NCBI GenBank assembly: GCA_002731395.1 | Contig: PCBQ01000067.1 | Coordinates: forward strand, 1-19,360 | Source: Methanobacteriota archaeon | Lineage (GTDB): Archaea > Thermoplasmatota > Poseidoniia > Poseidoniales > Poseidoniaceae | Direction: 5' to 3' | DNA length: 19,360 nucleotides | Shown here: piece after piece, positions 14,556 to 19,360 of the stretch | Layout of the letters: the number at the start of each line of letters is the position of its first letter | Numbering within the stretch: position 1 is the first letter of the stretch | Translations under genes and position numbers: made by a program | Notes under the pieces: model-generated | Database searches by the model: none | Seen by the model: only the letters and a program-made list of their open reading frames with translations | Told to the model about the DNA's origin: nothing

Positions 14556-14639
14556 GGGGATGCACCTGCGAGCGAACTCGCAAGCCGCCGACCAACAGGG
14601 CCCTCTTGAAGACTTCGTCCAACACTTGGTCTGCAGGCC

Positions 14640-15368
14640 TCAGGATTCTTCCTCGGACGTGACCCGGCGGCTTTCCTTCATGCTGCGCCAAAGCATGACG
14701 CTCGCAGGCGCGCAAGCCCCGACCAGTACCACGGTCAGGAGCGTGAGCTCTACGCCGGATAAGGGCTGAGTGGGTGAATCCGTCGTGGGTTCGGGAGCAG
14801 GAAGCGCCGCTTCGAGTGTTCGTGGCGGTGCGGGATCGTGCAGCGTGACCGTCCAATTCCCGTCCGCGGTTCCTGCGAGGGTCGAACTGACGTTGACGTC
14901 CATGCGATGCGCACCGGCCGGCACATGAACAGAACTGGTCCATGCCGTTGTGTTCTCTGTCAACTCCGAGCGGCTCTCCTCTGTTGCGTTCAAGGCTTCG
15001 TCGAGCCGCAGGGTCATCGTTTCACCCGTCAGGACCGCGTATCCATCAATGACGATGGCTGGGAGGCTAATGAGTCCGTAAAACCCTTCGAAACGCTGGT
15101 AGGAGAGGTTCGAAAAGCCGGCGTCCTGCGGTGAAGGTGCATGCCGAATGACGAGCACATCTGGGCGATCCAGTTCGTCAAGCATCGCCTCCACAGGGCG
15201 GCACGGCTCGCACCAGTCCGCTCCAAAATATTCGACCACGCGCAATGAGGCGTCGGCATCGCAGGTTTCTTCCTCGCAGACGTCCCCAACGGTGGTTGCT
15301 GCGGCCGTGCTCAGACCGGTGCACAGCATCAACGCGACGGGTACCATGAGGAGCAGGGCTCGTTGCAC
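14640..15368 (-). CDS. Exported, C-terminally membrane-anchored thioredoxin-fold protein with a WCEPC active site (242 aa)
   Basis: Signal-like N-terminus MQRALLLMVPVALMLCTGLSTAAA. Thioredoxin-like VVEYFGADWCEPCRPV with a cis-Pro-like SLPAIVIDG. Four N-x-S/T sequons follow (NAT, NTT, NVS, NWT), then a Pro/Thr linker and a C-terminal TM plus basic tail (LTLLTVVLVGACAPASVMLWRSMKESRR). The track start is GTG 15368; an alternative ATG is at 15347. Confidence 0.75.
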   Translation of the reverse strand: MQRALLLMVPVALMLCTGLSTAAATTVGDVCEEETCDADASLRVVEYFGADWCEPCRPVEAMLDELDRPDVLVIRHAPSPQDAGFSNLSYQRFEGFYGLISLPAIVIDGYAVLTGETMTLRLDEALNATEESRSELTENTTAWTSSVHVPAGAHRMDVNVSSTLAGTADGNWTVTLHDPAPPRTLEAALPAPEPTTDSPTQPLSGVELTLLTVVLVGACAPASVMLWRSMKESRRVTSEEES

Positions 15369-15389
15369 GTCGTGGCCAAGTGGACTGTG

Positions 15390-15397
15390 TTAATAGA
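15390..15397. promoter_or_regulatory. Single TATA-like element (TTAATAGA) midway between the divergent starts of the thioredoxin-fold gene and ctaA
   Basis: Its centre (about 15393.5) lies 25.5 nt from GTG 15368 on the minus strand and 27.5 nt from ATG 15421 on the plus strand. The spacer is only 52 nt long and holds no other AT-rich element. Confidence 0.45.
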
Positions 15398-15420
15398 GGG
15401 CGTCCACCGGAGTTTGGGTG

Positions 15421-16488
15421 ATGACTGCGGGGTGGCGACGTCCCTCCCTTCTCCCGCTTGGTTTGGTTGCGGTGGCCGTCATCATCATCGTGGCGGGAGG
15501 TACCATCCGCATCCTCGATGCTGGCGAGTCATGCCCGGATTGGCCGAAGTGCTTCGGGACGTGGACCTTCGACGTGAGCGAACAGGAGCAATTGCAGTGG
15601 TGGGAAGACAACCCCGAGGCAACAGAGGACACACGCGGCGCCGGTTATACCTACACCACGTTGGAAATTTTCAGTGAGTGGGTCCACCGTCTGCTGGTTG
15701 GACTCGTCGCCGTTCCAATTTTGATCAACGCCCTGTGGATGCACCGATTGAGAAAGACGTATGGCACTCGCGTCCGGAACACGGCCGCCTTGGCCGGTGT
15801 CTTGCTGGTCTTGCAAGCGGGCGTCGGCGCGTTGACGGTCATCTATGACAACCGTGATTGGACCGTTGCCTTGCATTTGTGCATGGCCACCATTTGGACC
15901 TCCACACTGCTGCACCAATACATCGCCATGCGGAAAGTGGAGGGTGTGCCTTGGGGCATGTTTTCGACGTCGGGTGGCTTCCTCGCTCGGCATCGTGCAC
16001 GGACGGATGCCTTCGCTGCCTCGGTGCTGGTCTTGCTTGCGCTTGGCGCCTGGGTGTCATCAACCGCGCCAGGTGCTCAATACAACCAAGCCTGTTCCAT
16101 CGGCTTCCCCGACGGATGGCCAGCGTGCAGGGGCCAATTGCTGCCAACCGTCGACCATACGGGCGTCCTTGTCCAAATGGTGCACCGCATGGGGGCTTTG
16201 GTGGTTGGTCTCCTGTTGGTCCTCGGCGGTGCGCGCATCCGTACCGCCTCCCGGGCCGCCGGTGAACCGATGGCCCTGCACCGTGCTGTGGACATCACGG
16301 CCGGTTTGTGGATGGCGAATCTCCTGGTCGGCGCGGGTTACATCGTCTTCGCCGACGCCGATGGGTTTCCAGAGGGCTTGTCCCTGCTCCACCTTGTGTT
16401 GGGAGTCACCGCGGCCGTGGTCGCCATCTCCGTGACCATGATGAGTCGGCTCGTTTCCCCCGTGGATGGCGGGGGCGAGTCAGAATGA
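15421..16488 (+). CDS. ctaA: Haem A synthase (CtaA/COX15 family), 355 aa
   Basis: VAGGTIRILDAGESCPDWPKCFGTW matches the CtaA N-terminal signature (GG.VR...sG..CPDWP.C.G). A second Cys pair is present in a later loop (NQACSIGFPDGWPACRG), and the protein is predicted to be polytopic. ATG 15421 is preferred over the GTG at 15418. Confidence 0.9.
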   Translation: MTAGWRRPSLLPLGLVAVAVIIIVAGGTIRILDAGESCPDWPKCFGTWTFDVSEQEQLQWWEDNPEATEDTRGAGYTYTTLEIFSEWVHRLLVGLVAVPILINALWMHRLRKTYGTRVRNTAALAGVLLVLQAGVGALTVIYDNRDWTVALHLCMATIWTSTLLHQYIAMRKVEGVPWGMFSTSGGFLARHRARTDAFAASVLVLLALGAWVSSTAPGAQYNQACSIGFPDGWPACRGQLLPTVDHTGVLVQMVHRMGALVVGLLLVLGGARIRTASRAAGEPMALHRAVDITAGLWMANLLVGAGYIVFADADGFPEGLSLLHLVLGVTAAVVAISVTMMSRLVSPVDGGGESE

Positions 16489-17483
16489 CGGAAAACCGTG
16501 CCCTGCCGGCGATTTACATCGACCTGATGAAGCTCAGGGTTGTGATTTTGCTCCAAATCACAGCGGTGTGTGCCATCCTCGTTCACGATCTGTTGGTCCG
16601 TTACGGATCCATTGCCGGCGATCGTACGTGGTTGGACACAGGTATCGCCGTGGGCATCACCCTCGTGGGAGGCACCTTGTCTGCAGGAGGGTCAAACGCG
16701 ATCAACATGTGGTACGACGCCGACATTGACCCGCTGATGTCGAGGACATCAAATCGACCCATTCCCTCCGGGGAGGTTTCTCCGCGCGCTGCGCTGATGT
16801 TCGGACTGATCATCAGCATCGCAGGCAGTGCAGTGTTTCTTTTGGCCCATTGGAAAGCAGCGTTTTGGTCGGCTTTTTCTGTCCTGTTTTACGTCGTGGT
16901 GTACACCATTTGGCTCAAACGACGCTCACCACAAAACATCGTGATTGGGGGCATTGCGGGAGCCACTCCGCCGCTGATCGGTTGGGCGGTCGCAGCCGCA
17001 GACACCGGAGCGCTTGCCGGCATGAATCCACTTGCTCTCGGTTCACCTGTTCCTTGGATGCTGTTTATGCTCATCTTCCTGTGGACGCCTCCGCACTTCT
17101 GGGCGTTGGCCCTCTACCGTTCTGGAGAATACGCCAAGGCGCAGGTGCCGATGATGAACGAAGTCCGTGGGGCAAAAAATACGCTCAACCAATCCAAAGC
17201 ATACTGTGGCTTCCTTTTTCTCCTTGGCTCCGTGCCTTGTTTCTGGCCTGCTTCGGGCATCCCGTTGCTTTGGGCCTTCACCTCAGGCGGCCTCACGGTT
17301 TGGTACGCAAAATCTGTGTGGGACATCGATCCTGAGGAGCCTTTTGATGAAAACGGCCGCATGCCGAAAGCCGCAAAGTCGTTCTTCCGAAGCCTGTTCT
17401 ACCTGGGTTGGATGTTCCTTGCGCTGGTGGCAATTTCAGCGGCACCACCCGGCTGGCTTGGTTTCTTCGGCCCGCTTGACTGA
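16485..17483 (+). CDS. ctaB: Protohaem IX farnesyltransferase (haem O synthase, UbiA family), 332 aa
   Basis: NAINMWYDADIDPLMSRTSNRPIPSG is the UbiA/CyoE Asp-rich motif, and WTPPHFWALAL is typical of CtaB/COX10. Start MTENRALP at 16485 overlaps the ctaA stop (ATGA). The track's 59-aa extension is R/G-rich and lies inside ctaA. Confidence 0.92.
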   Translation: MTENRALPAIYIDLMKLRVVILLQITAVCAILVHDLLVRYGSIAGDRTWLDTGIAVGITLVGGTLSAGGSNAINMWYDADIDPLMSRTSNRPIPSGEVSPRAALMFGLIISIAGSAVFLLAHWKAAFWSAFSVLFYVVVYTIWLKRRSPQNIVIGGIAGATPPLIGWAVAAADTGALAGMNPLALGSPVPWMLFMLIFLWTPPHFWALALYRSGEYAKAQVPMMNEVRGAKNTLNQSKAYCGFLFLLGSVPCFWPASGIPLLWAFTSGGLTVWYAKSVWDIDPEEPFDENGRMPKAAKSFFRSLFYLGWMFLALVAISAAPPGWLGFFGPLD

Positions 17484-17557
17484 CACCCCGTCGTTCCGAG
17501 GGTCTGTGGGCCGGTTCAAGCGATGAGTCTTTGAGTCAGGAGCGTGAGGTTTTGCTC

Positions 17558-19360
17558 ATGGATGCAGAAAGGCTGCCTCGGTGGCGACCGCTGCTTCTGG
17601 TGGGCCTCTTGCTCGCATCGCTCATGGCCACCCTGCCAACGGCCTCTGCTGCATCCGGCGACCTCGCCATGACCAACGGCCTCAGTCCCTTCGAAGGTCA
17701 ATACATCAACGCCTACACGCCGGTCACGCTCCAAGTCCAGGTGACCAACGAAGACATTGGAGGCAGCAGCTCCCCTCGAGACGTGGAATGGGAAGCTTGT
17801 CCTGAGGGTGCGCCAAGCGGCCACAGCCACTGCAGGGAGGGCGCAGGGACGGTTCCTGGCATGCCGACGTTGCAAAGCGTGACCTACACCTTCCCAACGC
17901 AGTGGTCACCCCCCACCTCACACTGGCCAGCAGGAACGGTTCAGGGCAACTACACCGTCGTCTTCTTTTTCTCTGAGGGTGATTTTGACACCAGCGATGA
18001 CACACTGACGATCAACGTCATCGTGACGGAGGAATTCAAGGACATCATCGTTCCAGCGGACCAAGACCCCCGTGACGGCTTGCTCGACGTGGCCAACGAT
18101 GGAGACGGCGCCGTGCTGAACACTAACGTGACCTACCCACGAGCGGGCGAGACCTGGCGTATCGATTACGACGTTTACCTCTGTGGTGGTTGCGACCTCA
18201 ACATGAGTTGGGGATGGCGTTTGATGCATGATTTCGGTGGGGCCCCGATTGCTGAATCCATCACAGACGTCGATTTGACGGGCTACAACTGGGGCGGCCT
18301 GTCCCAACTCAGCCGAAATCTCCCCGCGTTTTCCTACGATGAACCCGGCCGGTACCTGCTCGAATTCGGCGTGTTCAATTCAAGCGGTGACCTCGTCTCT
18401 GCCAACAACGTTGGTAGCGTCTACCTCAGGCTGGACGACACCTCTGACCTCGTTGTGATGGGCTTCATGCCCACGCACAACACACAGGACCCCAATGCAC
18501 CCTACTACTACGGGACCGATGCGATTGTCGCCACGGCCGAAAACCACGGAAACACCACCATTTCTGGACTTTCAATGACGATGACCATCACCGATTTGCT
18601 GGGCAACTTGGACACACAGCAATCGTGTGAACTTCCGCCCCTCGTGCCCGGAGCCGATCACCAATGCCTGTTCGACCTTGATTTCACCGGCCTTGACCGC
18701 CGGATCTCGGTGACGATTCCTGTCGACCTTGGTCTGTGGAACGACGTGAATCCGGAGGACAATGAGGTCACACAAAGTGGTGTGGACATTGAGGTTGGAC
18801 CGATTGGATCGTCCATCAGTCAGTCCAATTCCAACGGCGTGTACACCACGGATGAAACGATGACGTTGATCGCGCGCACATCGGACACGGCTGCTGGTCC
18901 TCTCAACTACACATGGAAAATCAACGGCATCTTTGACCTCGTTCCTGGCGCGAACCACGGTCAAATCATCGAAGTTCCAGTTGACTCCTTGGACCTTGGC
19001 GACCACAGGATTTCGCTCATCGTGCGTGACATCCTGGGTTACACACAATCCAGGTTCCTTGACATCACGGTCCTTCACCATACGGACGTCAACGGAGGTT
19101 TGGCCTACACCGGTCAAGGCGTTAGCATTGATGAGGCCGTCCTCTTGCATGAGGAAAGCCTTCCTCAACTCGGTCTGAATTACAGGGTGGGAAGCGGCAA
19201 GGCGCCGCTAATGCTGCATTCGTTCGGCCTCGAATCTCCTGACGGTCTTGAGCAGGACGTAGGCCTGCTTGACATGTCCATCCAGTTCAACTTAAGCGAA
19301 CTGCTCCCGGACAACATCGATCCCGAAACGGTTGAGCTTAGGGTGCTTCCGAGCATGAAC
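17558..19360 (+). CDS. Large secreted surface protein, 5' part only (at least 601 aa, open to the end of the window); signal peptide plus repeated beta-sandwich-like (CARDB/adhesin-like) regions
   Basis: It is absent from the ORF track because it has no in-window stop. I translated 17558-19360 codon by codon and found no stop. GAGGT lies 7 nt upstream of the ATG. The N-terminus MDAERLPRWRPLLLVGLLLASLMATLPTASAAS is a classic signal peptide. There are many N-x-S/T sequons (NYT, NVT, NMS, NSS, NTT, NYT, NLS) and a CARDB-like stretch AENHGNTTISGLSMTMTITD. Confidence 0.8.
   Translation, partial: MDAERLPRWRPLLLVGLLLASLMATLPTASAASGDLAMTNGLSPFEGQYINAYTPVTLQVQVTNEDIGGSSSPRDVEWEACPEGAPSGHSHCREGAGTVPGMPTLQSVTYTFPTQWSPPTSHWPAGTVQGNYTVVFFFSEGDFDTSDDTLTINVIVTEEFKDIIVPADQDPRDGLLDVANDGDGAVLNTNVTYPRAGETWRIDYDVYLCGGCDLNMSWGWRLMHDFGGAPIAESITDVDLTGYNWGGLSQLSRNLPAFSYDEPGRYLLEFGVFNSSGDLVSANNVGSVYLRLDDTSDLVVMGFMPTHNTQDPNAPYYYGTDAIVATAENHGNTTISGLSMTMTITDLLGNLDTQQSCELPPLVPGADHQCLFDLDFTGLDRRISVTIPVDLGLWNDVNPEDNEVTQSGVDIEVGPIGSSISQSNSNGVYTTDETMTLIARTSDTAAGPLNYTWKINGIFDLVPGANHGQIIEVPVDSLDLGDHRISLIVRDILGYTQSRFLDITVLHHTDVNGGLAYTGQGVSIDEAVLLHEESLPQLGLNYRVGSGKAPLMLHSFGLESPDGLEQDVGLLDMSIQFNLSELLPDNIDPETVELRVLPSMN

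Noticed and set aside
1-19360. Searched for tRNA/rRNA genes, CRISPR repeat-spacer arrays, transposases, integrases, prophage modules and toxin-antitoxin or classic defence genes.
   Set aside because: No intergenic spacer exceeds about 190 nt, and none shows a cloverleaf-like or regularly spaced repeat structure. No ORF carries recombinase, nuclease or Cas-like motifs that I could recognise.

Overview
This is a compact, roughly 60% GC chromosomal segment that is almost entirely coding. I read it as archaeal, most likely a marine planktonic euryarchaeote of the Marine Group II/III (Poseidoniales-like) type. That call rests on archaea-specific genes: ADH synthase and type II dehydroquinate synthase (the aspartate-semialdehyde/DKFP route into shikimate), a GHMP-type shikimate kinase, PurP and RNA polymerase subunit Rpo6/K. 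These sit alongside a proteorhodopsin-family rhodopsin and aerobic haem A biosynthesis genes (ctaA-ctaB).

Gene order:
- 3' end of an upstream CDS
- polytopic membrane protein
- (minus strand) aspartate kinase and chorismate synthase
- (plus strand) rhodopsin
- (minus strand) shikimate kinase, DHQ synthase II and ADH synthase
- (plus strand) a membrane-anchored ER/K-helix protein with a DUF2135-like domain, a small 2-TM protein, a 691-aa orphan protein, and a low-GC gene with a Bacteroidetes-style INNWNE anchor
- (minus strand) purP
- (plus strand) tryptophan 2,3-dioxygenase
- (minus strand) rpoK and an exported CxxC thioredoxin-fold protein
- (plus strand) ctaA, ctaB, and a large secreted surface protein that runs off the 3' end of the window. 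The supplied ORF track misses this last gene because it has no stop codon in the window.

Several track ORFs carry spurious N-terminal extensions, or begin at GTG/TTG codons. I re-set those starts using neighbouring stop codons, Shine-Dalgarno motifs, TATA-box spacing and family-typical lengths. I saw no tRNA, rRNA, CRISPR array, transposase or integrase.

The best candidate for something undescribed is the 7449-11097 cluster (ER/K plus DUF2135-like protein, small membrane protein, 691-aa orphan). From sequence alone I cannot show that it is a functional system. Other points worth a second look are the D-T-K rhodopsin motif, the rhodopsin gene splitting the aro cluster, the low-GC single-gene island, TATA boxes spaced for leaderless transcripts (one apparently shared by two divergent genes), and two UUCG-loop hairpins/palindromes.
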